IMG/VR virus record: IMGVR_UViG_651053021_000003
Length of the DNA stretch: 47,598 nt
Reading direction: 5' to 3' (one strand)
Origin: a virus
Taxonomy: Duplodnaviria > Heunggongvirae > Uroviricota > Caudoviricetes
Part shown: one piece after another, positions 39,302 through 47,598 of the stretch
Layout: each line of letters begins with the position of its first letter
Numbering within the stretch: the stretch's first letter is position 1
Position numbers and translations under genes: made by a program
The notes under the pieces: generated by a model
Seen by the model: only the letters and a program-made list of their open reading frames with translations
Told to the model about the DNA's origin: nothing
The model's database searches: none

Positions 39302-40378
39302 TTACCCCCTGAAGCCCGGTGGAATTTCGGTATCCGGTTCAGAAATATGATTCACACAACGCTGGTTGTTCGTGCCGCTTACCGGGAGCAGCCAGGGGTT
39401 TTCAAAATTCCGGTCCGGTCCAAAAAACGTCGTCGCTCGCTGAACAAATTCCGTTCCCGTTTTCCCGGTAGCCGCAAGGTATCTTGCGTAACGCCTCACG
39501 CCATCCAGCATGGCCTCTGGTGACACCCCCTCGCGTAATCTGGCCTTCCAAGCACTGAAAGCGGATTTCTTCGGGTTTGCCCCAGCACGCAACGGGTATT
39601 CCCGCCAGACCTGTTCGAACACATCCGGATAATCCACTCGTCCCACAGGCTGCCCGGTGTTTTCCGGGACTACCCGATCGGCTTCCCGCTGAATGGCGGA
39701 ATCGGCTTCAGGCTGCTGCAGTTGGTGTGATTGCTCCGGCCTTGCGGTCATCACCTGCTGCACAGCGCCCGAATCGGCTTTCAGCGCATACGCTGAATCG
39801 GCTTCCGGTGTCGTGCCTGCTGGCTGACCAAGATTGACGGTCTGAACATCCCCTGCCTGGTTCGTGGCGTTTTTTACGCCATGGACCATAGTGTTTTGAT
39901 CTTCTTGATCTGTATCTTTATCTGTATCTTTATCTGTCGTGACTCGTCGTGACATGTGCGTGACATTTCGTGACGCGCCGTGACAATCGCCATTTTGTTC
40001 CCGCTTTCTTTCCCTCTCTCGCTGCGCCCTCTTGCGCTCTGCAGGAGATTTTGCGGTTTGCGAAATATTGCCGTTGTCCTCTTTAAGCACCTGGCGTTTT
40101 TCCCATCCAGTGATTAAATCACCATCAAGTACCCGCCCCTGCATCGTCTGCAAAATTGAATCAATTACCTCTTCTGTCACGTCGAGCGCACTTGCCAAAT
40201 CTTCTGTCGTGACATCAATGTGACCTCGCGTGACATTTCGTGACGCGCTCACCAGGAGGTGGATATACACTGCCATCACTGTTGCAATTGGCTGCCCTGA
40301 CACCCTGGCAATTGTTCGCCACTTAGGGTCATTTGGCATGTCATGCCATAATCTGAGCCAGGCGTTAGCCATACTCAC
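39302..40378 (-). CDS. Putative replication initiation protein (O-like) containing internal iteron arrays
   Basis: Position equivalent to lambda O; two arrays of CGTGAC repeats at ~10-bp spacing inside the coding sequence. Confidence 0.45.
   Translation of the reverse strand: MSMANAWLRLWHDMPNDPKWRTIARVSGQPIATVMAVYIHLLVSASRNVTRGHIDVTTEDLASALDVTEEVIDSILQTMQGRVLDGDLITGWEKRQVLKEDNGNISQTAKSPAERKRAQRERERKREQNGDCHGASRNVTHMSRRVTTDKDTDKDTDQEDQNTMVHGVKNATNQAGDVQTVNLGQPAGTTPEADSAYALKADSGAVQQVMTARPEQSHQLQQPEADSAIQREADRVVPENTGQPVGRVDYPDVFEQVWREYPLRAGANPKKSAFSAWKARLREGVSPEAMLDGVRRYARYLAATGKTGTEFVQRATTFFGPDRNFENPWLLPVSGTNNQRCVNHISEPDTEIPPGFRG
39909..39984. repeat. Iteron-like array A: tandem 12-bp TCTGTATCTTTA x2 followed by five CGTGAC repeats at 10-11 bp spacing
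   Basis: Direct reading of 39901-39990. Confidence 0.6.
40208..40244. repeat. Iteron-like array B: four (C/T)GTGAC repeats at 10-11 bp spacing; shares 19-mer CGTGACATTTCGTGACGCG with array A
   Basis: Direct reading of 40201-40250. Confidence 0.55.
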
Positions 40379-40443
40379 CTCTTTTGATACCGAATCTTTT
40401 TACTCACAAATTGCCGGAAGCGATTCGATATGGCTATTGTCAG

Positions 40444-40869
40444 TCAATGTACTGCCACAGCATTTCCTGCCGGGCCACCACGGTTCATCTGATTGAAACC
40501 GGCGATTGCCACTGCGACAAAATCATCAGCGTCTCTCACCAATCGCTCCCGCGTCTCCACCAGCTCCCGAAAATAAGCTGAACTGTGGCTGCGCATTCTG
40601 GCCACCAGCAAAGGTGGCATTGCCTTTTCGATCGCTGGTAACAACGCCTGAATTTTTTCAACTGCATCAGGGGTGTCTTTCTCTACCCAGCGGAAAATTT
40701 TCTGAGTATTGCGAGCCAGGGCTTCCGGATGGCTGTCGTCATACAGTTCCGGGAACGTCATTCCCAGCTCGAAATACGCTTTGGTAATTTTCGCAGCCGG
40801 TACTTTTTCGCCGTCCGGATGCGCCCAGGCATTCATCGCCATGCGGATGTGTTCATGCTTGATTTTCAT
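40444..40869 (-). CDS. YdaT-like protein (CII-position regulator/toxin-like)
   Basis: Begins MKIKHEHI and ends VH, ~140 aa, like Rac YdaT; follows the Cro-like gene. Confidence 0.65.
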   Translation of the reverse strand: MKIKHEHIRMAMNAWAHPDGEKVPAAKITKAYFELGMTFPELYDDSHPEALARNTQKIFRWVEKDTPDAVEKIQALLPAIEKAMPPLLVARMRSHSSAYFRELVETRERLVRDADDFVAVAIAGFNQMNRGGPAGNAVAVH

Positions 40870-41120
40870 GAATCAACTCCCATCAGCTTTTTCGTAGTAG
40901 TTTTATTCCTGCCAATAGTTAAAATTGCATCGGCAGAAAATAATCCGTTTGATGCAAGAGCGATTTTTTCAGCGTAATTTGTTTCGCCGGTATATTCTGT
41001 GCGAGGCAATTTTCCGTTATCCATCCATTTATAGATTGCTCTTTGGCTGACACCACAAACGTCGGCCACAACAGCAACGCGAACAGTTTTGATTACATCT
41101 TCAAGTGTTTTCTGGTTCAT
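40866..41120 (-). CDS. Cro/YdaS-like HTH transcriptional regulator
   Basis: Start set at ATG 41120 (GAGGG RBS); HTH-like VADVCGVSQRAIYKWM; divergent from repressor gene. Confidence 0.7.
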   Translation of the reverse strand: MNQKTLEDVIKTVRVAVVADVCGVSQRAIYKWMDNGKLPRTEYTGETNYAEKIALASNGLFSADAILTIGRNKTTTKKLMGVDS

Positions 41121-41199
41121 ATCACCCTCACAATGTGAACTTTTAGTACATGCTATAACAGAACTGACAGTACATTCAAGAGCGAATATCATTGAACTT
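41121..41199. promoter_or_regulatory. Divergent promoter/operator region of the immunity switch
   Basis: 79-bp intergenic region between divergent regulators; AGTACAT(G/T) occurs twice ~24 bp apart (~41145 and ~41169). Confidence 0.4.
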
Positions 41200-41619
41200 A
41201 TGGTTCATGAAGATAAAGCGCGTAAAGAGTTCGCCAGTAGGCTTGCGCTAGCCTGTGAAAACGCTGGTTATGAACAACATGGAAGGCAGGCAGAAATTGC
41301 CCGTCGAATGAAATTAACACCAAAAGCGGTTAGCAAATGGTTTAATGGCGAAACAATTCCTCGCCGGGAGAAATTAAGGGAATTAGCAACACTAATAGGA
41401 ACAACACCAACCTATCTTTTGGGAGAGGATACAGAAGAAAGTGGACAGGTACGTTTCTATCAGGAGTTAAATCCAAGACAAAAAATCATCATTGACCTTC
41501 TGGACGAGCTCCCTGACAGTGAGACAGATGAACTTTTAAAAACTCTTGAAGAGAAAAAACAGAAGTACAATGCAATTTACGAAGAGTTAGCACGAAAGAA
41601 AAAACAAAAAGCCTCTTAA
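41200..41619 (+). CDS. DicA-like XRE-family repressor
   Basis: HTH QAEIARRMKLTPKAVSKWFNGE and C-terminal region resembling DicA; start set at internal ATG 41200. Confidence 0.75.
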   Translation: MVHEDKARKEFASRLALACENAGYEQHGRQAEIARRMKLTPKAVSKWFNGETIPRREKLRELATLIGTTPTYLLGEDTEESGQVRFYQELNPRQKIIIDLLDELPDSETDELLKTLEEKKQKYNAIYEELARKKKQKAS

Positions 41620-41916
41620 ACCAGCATAAATCCGGTAGCGCCTTCCTCCGGGTTTGTGCTTCACTTTATCCCATCTCATTTTTTTACACACAAAATGTAC
41701 TAAAAGTACTTTACAACAATGAACGCAAAGTACATTATATGCCTGCCACCCACCCCGCCCCACAGAATGCAGGGCAATACTTCGAGTTACCAGGCAGTGG
41801 TCATGGGTTAAGTAGCCAGCCCGAGGCGTAAGAACATGACGGCAGGGTTCAACTTTAATAACTATGCAGCAGGTTTTTGTTCCGCTACCCCGGCGTTAAG
41901 GGGAAATGAGGTCAAC

Positions 41917-42072
41917 ATGGATACTATCGGTCTTGGCAACAACGAATCTCTGGTGTGCGGCGTGTTCCCAAACCAGGACGGCACGTTCACCGCAATGACG
42001 TATACCAAAAGCAAAACGTTTAAAACCGAAAATGGTGCCCGTCGCTGGCTGGAAAGAAACTCAGGTGAGTGA
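41917..42072 (+). CDS. ydfA: DUF1391 small protein YdfA-like
   Basis: MDTIGLGNNESLVCGVFPNQDGTFTAMTYTKSKTFKTENGARRWLERNSGE; GAGG RBS. Confidence 0.7.
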   Translation: MDTIGLGNNESLVCGVFPNQDGTFTAMTYTKSKTFKTENGARRWLERNSGE

Positions 42073-42073
42073 T

Positions 42074-42202
42074 ATGGATTTCGACACAATCATGGAAAAG
42101 GCTTACGAAGAATACTTCGAAGGCCTTGCCGAAGGCGAAGAAGCTCTCAGCTTCAGTGAGTTTAAACAGGCGCTTTCCAGCTCGGCAAAATCTAACGGCT
42201 GA
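42074..42202 (+). CDS. ydfB: Small acidic protein YdfB-like (42 aa)
   Basis: Hand translation MDFDTIMEKAYEEYFEGLAEGEEALSFSEFKQALSSSAKSNG; below ORF track cutoff. Confidence 0.6.
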   Translation: MDFDTIMEKAYEEYFEGLAEGEEALSFSEFKQALSSSAKSNG

Positions 42203-42231
42203 TAAGCGAAGCAGCACCGCGAGGAATCAGT

Positions 42232-42450
42232 ATGCAGAAACGAGAACCCGTCATCATCGCGCCAGACTATACCGATGATGAACTTTATGAGTGGATGCGC
42301 CAGAAAATTAATGCAGCGCAGGATTTGAAATGGGCCAATGAAGCCAGGGCTAAGCAGGCTGAAAATCTGTCCGCTCTGGAGCAGGATATCACCAATCTGG
42401 AAAAAGCAGCGGCATTAAGCATTGCCAGAATGATTACATACCCGCGTTAA
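42232..42450 (+). CDS. ydfC: YdfC-like protein (72 aa)
   Basis: ORF with GAGGAA RBS; position in dicB operon upstream of dicF. Confidence 0.7.
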   Translation: MQKREPVIIAPDYTDDELYEWMRQKINAAQDLKWANEARAKQAENLSALEQDITNLEKAAALSIARMITYPR

Positions 42451-42790
42451 TAGCTAACCAACGAAGCTAAGGTTGGTAATTAAGGAGTTCTCCACGGGTA
42501 AGGTGGAGTACGTGCGCCGGACACGGGTGAGCATCCGGCACTGACAGTTTACTGAAAGGATATTTCCCTGAAAAGTCAGACCATAACGCGAAAGCGCACG
42601 GCGAGGTAGCTGGTTCATAGATAGCCTGTCGTTAAATTTTCGTCGACCGTGCGCTTCCGGTTGTGGCACTCCGCGAAATGGCGCGGCGGTAAGTATGGCG
42701 GGGTTATTCCTTCCCCGTTGAGGACACCGGGTTGTCAGGTTGACCATACGCTTAAGTGACAACCCCGCTGCAACGCCCTCTGTTATCAAT

Positions 42791-42848
42791 TTTCTGGTGA
42801 CGTTTGGCGGTATCAGTTTTACTCCGTGACTGCTCTGCCGCCGTTTTT
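42791..42848 (+). ncRNA. dicF: DicF small RNA (ftsZ-targeting, Hfq-dependent) with intrinsic terminator
   Basis: TTTCTGGTGACGTTTGGCGGTATCAGTTTTACTCCGTGACTGCTCTGCCGCC followed by TTTTT matches recalled DicF. Confidence 0.85.
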
Positions 42849-43017
42849 AAAGTGAATTTTGTGATGCGGTGAATGCGGCTAAGCGCACGCGGAACAGTTA
42901 AAACCAAAAACAGTGTTATGGGTGGATTCTCTGTATCCGACGTTAATTGTTAACTGGTTAACGTCACCTGGAGGCACCAGGCACTGCATCACAAAATTCA
43001 TTGTTGAGGGCGCGATA

Positions 43018-43206
43018 ATGAAAACGTTATTACCAAACGTTAATACGTCTGAAGGTTGTTTTGAAATTGGTGTCACTATCAGTAACCCTGTATTTACTGA
43101 AGATGCCATTAACAAGAGAAAACAAGAACGGGAGCTATTAAATAAAATATGCATTGTTTCAATGCTGGCTCGTTTACGTCTGATGCCAAAAGGATGTGCA
43201 CAATGA
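43018..43206 (+). CDS. dicB: Cell division inhibitor DicB (62 aa)
   Basis: MKTLLPNVNTSEGCFEIGVTISNPVFTEDAINKRKQERELLNKICIVSMLARLRLMPKGCAQ matches recalled DicB. Confidence 0.85.
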   Translation: MKTLLPNVNTSEGCFEIGVTISNPVFTEDAINKRKQERELLNKICIVSMLARLRLMPKGCAQ

Positions 43207-43394
43207 ATTCAGCATTTGCGCTTGTTCTGACAGTTTTTCTTGTTTCCGGAGAGCCAGTTGATATTGCAGTCAGTGTTCACAGGACAATGCAGGAGTGTAT
43301 GACTGCAGCAACCGAACAGAAAATTCCCGGTAACTGTTACCCGGTCGATAAAGTTATTCACCAGGATAATATCGAAATCCCGGCAGGTCTTTAA
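43203..43394 (+). CDS. ydfD: YdfD-like small membrane (lysis) protein
   Basis: MNSAFALVLTVFLVSGEPVDIAVSVHRTMQECMTAATEQKIPGNCYPVDKVIHQDNIEIPAGL; ATGA overlap with dicB. Confidence 0.8.
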   Translation: MNSAFALVLTVFLVSGEPVDIAVSVHRTMQECMTAATEQKIPGNCYPVDKVIHQDNIEIPAGL

Positions 43395-43487
43395 AACAGT
43401 TCCGTAATAAATATCCGGTTTCATTCTTATATGCCAGCAATGGCAGGGATTTGTTCATCCTTAAATCTGTCATGAGGTTAAAACAAA

Positions 43488-45959
43488 ATGAGTAAAGTTT
43501 TTATTTGCGCCGCTATTCCTGACGAACTGGCAACAAGGGAAGAAGGCGCTGTGGCTGTAGCCACAGCCATTGAAGCTGGCGACGAACGCCGTGCTCGAGC
43601 AAAATTTCACTGGCAATTCCTGGAACATTATCCGGCTGCTCAGGACTGCGCTTATAAATTTATTGTCTGCGAGGATAAACCTGGCATACCCCGCCCTGCC
43701 CTCGATTCATGGGATGCTGAATATATGCAGGAAAACCGCTGGGATGAGGAGTCTGCTTCTTTTGTCCCGGTTGAGACTGAATCCGATCCGATGAACGTCA
43801 CTTTTGACAAGCTGGCCCCTGAAGTACAGAACGCTGTCATGGTTAAGTTCGACACATGTGAAAACATCACCGTTGATATGGTGATTAGCGCGCAGGAATT
43901 GTTGCAGGAAGACATGGCAACATTCGACGGACATATCGTTGAAGCGTTGATGAAAATGCCAGAAGTTAACGCCATGTATCCGGAGCTTAAGCTGCATGCC
44001 ATCGGGTGGGTTAAGCATAAATGTAAGCCTGGTGCCAAATGGCCCGAAATTCAGGCAGAGATGCGCATCTGGAAAAAACGTCGCGAAGGTGAACGCAAGG
44101 AAACCGGAAAATACACGTCTGTTGTTGATCTCGCCCGCGCCAGAGCCAATCAACAGAACACTGAAAATTCAACAGGAAAAATCAGCCCGGTCATTGCTGC
44201 CATTCATCGCGAATACAAGCAGACATGGAAAACACTGGATGACGAACTGGCCTACGCTCTCTGGCCTGGTGATGTGGATGCCGGAAACATTGACGGCAGC
44301 ATCCATCGCTGGGCAAAAAAAGAAGTTATCGACAACGACCGCGAAGACTGGAAGCGTATCTCGGCATCAATGCGCAAACAGCCTGATGCCCTTCGCTACG
44401 ACCGCCAAACTATTTTTGGCCTTGTCCGTGAGCGTCCGATCGACATTCACAAAGATCCCGTAGCACTGAACAAATATATCTGCGAATACCTGACGACAAA
44501 GGGCGTGTTTGAGAATGAAGAAACAGACCCGGGCACTGTTGATGTTCTCCAGTCATCAGAAACACAAACTGATGCAGTGGAAACCGAGGTATCTGATATC
44601 CCAAAAAATGAAACCGCGCCGGAAGCTGAACCATCTGTAGAGCGTGAGGGGCCGTTCTATTTCCTCTTCGCAGATAAGGACGGAGAAAAATACGGTCGCG
44701 CAAACAAACTTTCTGGTCTGGATAAGGCACTGGCTGCTGGCGCCACTGAAATCACAAAAGAAGAATATTTTGCCCGAAAAAATGGCACATACACGGGCTT
44801 ACCGCAAAATGTAGATACCGCTGAAGATTCAGAACAACCAGAGCCGATAAAAGTTACCGCTGACGAAGTAAACAAAATTATGCAGGCAGCCAATATCAGC
44901 CAGCCTGACGCCGATAAGTTGCTTGCTGCATCACGTGGTGAATTTGTTGAAGGGATTAGTGACCCGAATGATCCGAAATGGGTTAAGGGGATCCAGACCC
45001 GCGATTCTGTGAACCAGAACCAGCATGAATCGGAACGGAACTACCAAAAAGCGGAACAAAACAGCCCAAATGCGTTACAAAACGAGCCAGAAACGAAACA
45101 GCCTGAACCAGTGGCGCAACAGGAAGTGGAAAAAGTCTGCACCGCCTGCGGTCAGACCGGCGGCGGCAACTGCCCTGATTGTGGCGCGGTGATGGGCGAC
45201 GCAACATACCAGGAAACATTCGATGAAGAGTATCAGGTTGAAGTTCAGGAAGATGATCCGGAGGAAATGGAAGGCGCTGAACATCCACACAAGGAGAACA
45301 CTGGCGGCAATCAGCATCACGATAGCGATAATGAAACTGGCGAGACGGCAGATCGCTCAATTAAGGTGAACGGTCATCACGAAATCACATCCACCAGCAG
45401 GACGTGTGACCATCTAATGATCGACCTTGAAACTATGGGAAAAAATCCTGATGCCCCGATCATCTCAATAGGTGCAATATTTTTCGATCCGCAAACCGGA
45501 GATATGGGACCGGAATTTAGTAAGACTATCGATCTGGAAACTGCTGGCGGAGTCATTGATCGGGACACCATTAAATGGTGGCTTAAGCAATCACGCGAAG
45601 CGCAATCTGCCATTATGACCGATGAAATCCCGTTAGATGATGCACTGTTACAATTGCGGGAATTTATCGACGAAAACTCCGGTGAATTTTTTGTTCAGGT
45701 CTGGGGAAATGGAGCCAACTTCGACAACACGATTTTGCGCCGTTCATACGAGCGGCAGGGGATCCCCTGCCCGTGGCGTTACTACAACGATCGCGATGTA
45801 CGCACAATCGTTGAGCTGGGGAAAGCCATAGACTTCGATGCCAGAACGGCTATTCCATTCGAAGGTGAGCGCCATAATGCACTTGATGACGCCCGTTACC
45901 AGGCAAAATACGTTTCAGTTATCTGGCAAAAACTGATCCCGAGTCAGGCTGATTCTTAA
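43488..45959 (+). CDS. Large early-operon protein (823 aa) with C-terminal DEDD-type 3'-5' exonuclease domain (YdfE-like)
   Basis: C-terminal ~190 aa has DnaQ-like motifs (HLMIDLETMG, GNGANFDNTIL, HNALDDARYQA); central acidic region with CxxC...CxxC; position of Qin ydfE. Confidence 0.7.
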   Translation: MSKVFICAAIPDELATREEGAVAVATAIEAGDERRARAKFHWQFLEHYPAAQDCAYKFIVCEDKPGIPRPALDSWDAEYMQENRWDEESASFVPVETESDPMNVTFDKLAPEVQNAVMVKFDTCENITVDMVISAQELLQEDMATFDGHIVEALMKMPEVNAMYPELKLHAIGWVKHKCKPGAKWPEIQAEMRIWKKRREGERKETGKYTSVVDLARARANQQNTENSTGKISPVIAAIHREYKQTWKTLDDELAYALWPGDVDAGNIDGSIHRWAKKEVIDNDREDWKRISASMRKQPDALRYDRQTIFGLVRERPIDIHKDPVALNKYICEYLTTKGVFENEETDPGTVDVLQSSETQTDAVETEVSDIPKNETAPEAEPSVEREGPFYFLFADKDGEKYGRANKLSGLDKALAAGATEITKEEYFARKNGTYTGLPQNVDTAEDSEQPEPIKVTADEVNKIMQAANISQPDADKLLAASRGEFVEGISDPNDPKWVKGIQTRDSVNQNQHESERNYQKAEQNSPNALQNEPETKQPEPVAQQEVEKVCTACGQTGGGNCPDCGAVMGDATYQETFDEEYQVEVQEDDPEEMEGAEHPHKENTGGNQHHDSDNETGETADRSIKVNGHHEITSTSRTCDHLMIDLETMGKNPDAPIISIGAIFFDPQTGDMGPEFSKTIDLETAGGVIDRDTIKWWLKQSREAQSAIMTDEIPLDDALLQLREFIDENSGEFFVQVWGNGANFDNTILRRSYERQGIPCPWRYYNDRDVRTIVELGKAIDFDARTAIPFEGERHNALDDARYQAKYVSVIWQKLIPSQADS

Positions 45960-46031
45960 TGTTCAACTGTCGCCGGTTGTGACTGGTATTCTGCAACCGG
46001 CGCTCGTCTGATGTAAGAGATAAAGAAATCG

Positions 46032-46283
46032 ATGAGCGAAGTAATCATGATTGTCTCTCCCGGCAAATGGGTATCCGAAGAGCAGTTAATTGCGCTGAAA
46101 GGAATAAAAAAAGGTACGTTAAAAAAGGCCCGGGAAAAATCGTTTATGGAAGGAAGGGAATATAAGCATGTCGCTCATGACGGTATGCCATGGGATAACA
46201 GTCCATGCTTTTACAACCTGGAAGAAATTGATCGCTGGATTGAGCGCCAGGCATCAGCGAGACCAAGACGTCATCTTACTTGA
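46032..46283 (+). CDS. Putative excisionase / small DNA-binding protein
   Basis: Small basic ORF immediately upstream of the integrase. Confidence 0.5.
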   Translation: MSEVIMIVSPGKWVSEEQLIALKGIKKGTLKKAREKSFMEGREYKHVAHDGMPWDNSPCFYNLEEIDRWIERQASARPRRHLT

Positions 46284-46317
46284 CTAAAAGCCACACTAAC
46301 TAATGAGAGAGGTTGAA

Positions 46318-47598
46318 ATGAAATATCCGACAGGCGTGGAAAACCATGGAGGGAAATTACGTATCTGGTTTGTTTATAAAGGCGTAAGAGTCAGGGAAAA
46401 TCTGGGGGTTCCTGACACAGCAAAAAACAGGCGCGTTGCAGGTGAACTACGCGCCTCTGTTTGTTACGCAATAAAAACTGGTGTTTTCGACTATGCAAAA
46501 CAGTTTCCCTCCTCACGCAATCTGGAAAAATTTGGTGAGGCCCGACAAGATTTAACCATAAAAGAACTGGCTGAAAAATTTCTGGCACTGAAAGAAACTG
46601 AAGTCGCCAAAACATCACTCAACACATACCGTGCCGTCATCAAAAATATCCTGAGCATAATCGGTGAAAAAAATCTTGCCTCATCGATTAATAAAGAAAA
46701 ATTACTGGAGGTTCGTAAAGAGCTACTGACTGGATACCAGATCCCCAAAAGTAACTATATTGTTACACAACCAGGGAGATCGGCTGTAACTGTAAATAAT
46801 TACATGACAAATCTTAACGCCGTGTTCCAGTTTGGTGTTGATAACGGTTACCTGCCAGATAATCCGTTTAAGGGGATCTCGCCATTAAAGGAATCAAGAA
46901 CCATTCCGGATCCTCTTTCGCGGGAGGAATTTATCCGTCTTATCGATGCGTGCAGAAATCAGCAAGCAAAAAATTTATGGTGTGTTTCTGTTTATACTGG
47001 CGTTCGCCCTGGTGAGCTGTGTGCACTTGGATGGGAGGACATAGATCTGAAAAATGGAACAATGATGATCAGGAGAAATTTAGCAAAAGACCGTTTCACG
47101 GTACCAAAAACACAGGCGGGAACCAATCGGGTCATTCATCTTATTAAGCCAGCAATCGACGCTCTCCGGAGTCAGATGACATTAACGAGACTGAGCAAAG
47201 AGCATATCATTGATGTTCACCTCAGAGAGTATGGCAGAACAGAAAAACAAAAATGCACCTTTGTTTTTCAACCTGAAGTGTCAGCGAGAGTAAAAAATTA
47301 TGGTGACCATTTTACCGTTGACTCAATAAGGCACATGTGGGACGCAGCGATAAAACGTGCCGGACTCCGCCATCGAAAATCATATCAGTCGAGACATACT
47401 TATGCCTGCTGGTCGCTGACAGCTGGTGCTAACCCGGCATTTATAGCAAACCAGATGGGCCATGCAGATGCGCAAATGGTATTTCAGGTATACGGAAAAT
47501 GGATGTCTGAAAACAATAATGCACAGGTAGCTTTGTTAAATACACAGTTAAGCGAGTTTGCCCCAACCATGCCCCATAACGAAGCAATGAAAAATTAA
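46318..47598 (+). CDS. int: Tyrosine integrase (Rac IntR-like phage integrase)
   Basis: N-terminus MKYPTGVENHGGKLRIWF, catalytic region with WCVSVYTGVRPGEL and HxxR...Y motifs; GAGAGAGG RBS; stop is last codon of window. Confidence 0.9.
   Translation: MKYPTGVENHGGKLRIWFVYKGVRVRENLGVPDTAKNRRVAGELRASVCYAIKTGVFDYAKQFPSSRNLEKFGEARQDLTIKELAEKFLALKETEVAKTSLNTYRAVIKNILSIIGEKNLASSINKEKLLEVRKELLTGYQIPKSNYIVTQPGRSAVTVNNYMTNLNAVFQFGVDNGYLPDNPFKGISPLKESRTIPDPLSREEFIRLIDACRNQQAKNLWCVSVYTGVRPGELCALGWEDIDLKNGTMMIRRNLAKDRFTVPKTQAGTNRVIHLIKPAIDALRSQMTLTRLSKEHIIDVHLREYGRTEKQKCTFVFQPEVSARVKNYGDHFTVDSIRHMWDAAIKRAGLRHRKSYQSRHTYACWSLTAGANPAFIANQMGHADAQMVFQVYGKWMSENNNAQVALLNTQLSEFAPTMPHNEAMKN

Overview
This window is almost entirely one lambdoid prophage of the Qin/Rac type from an Escherichia-like chromosome, flanked on the left by an MFS transporter gene (ydfJ-like, 1..1284) and ending on the right with a tyrosine integrase whose stop codon is the last triplet of the window. 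All calls rest on reading the supplied ORF translations and the raw sequence by eye; no database search or computation was run, so family names are recalled from memory. Order left to right: cold-shock cargo ydfK and Pin invertase (+); a tail-fibre cluster, the lambda-like tail module J-I-K-L-M-H-T-G-V-U-Z, and a head/packaging module with a candidate cos site (all -); cargo genes (ydfO, gnsB, cspI); the lysis cassette; cspB and a frameshifted cspF; antiterminator Q, ydfU and rem; then an AT-rich accessory island; then a replication/immunity region with iteron arrays inside a putative initiator gene; then the dicB operon with DicF sRNA, a long exonuclease-like gene, xis and int. The most interesting part is the accessory island between rem and the early region. 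It holds a self-contained two-gene operon (unknown 204-aa protein plus a fused XRE-HTH/ImmA-type HEXXH peptidase), a hok/sok-type toxin locus, a possible 29-aa hydrophobic peptide with a perfect Shine-Dalgarno, and a low-GC FRG-domain protein with a chimeric N-terminus. These are candidate defence or toxin modules of unknown function. Coordinates for starts not taken from the ORF track, and for terminators, repeats and cos, are approximate to a few bases.
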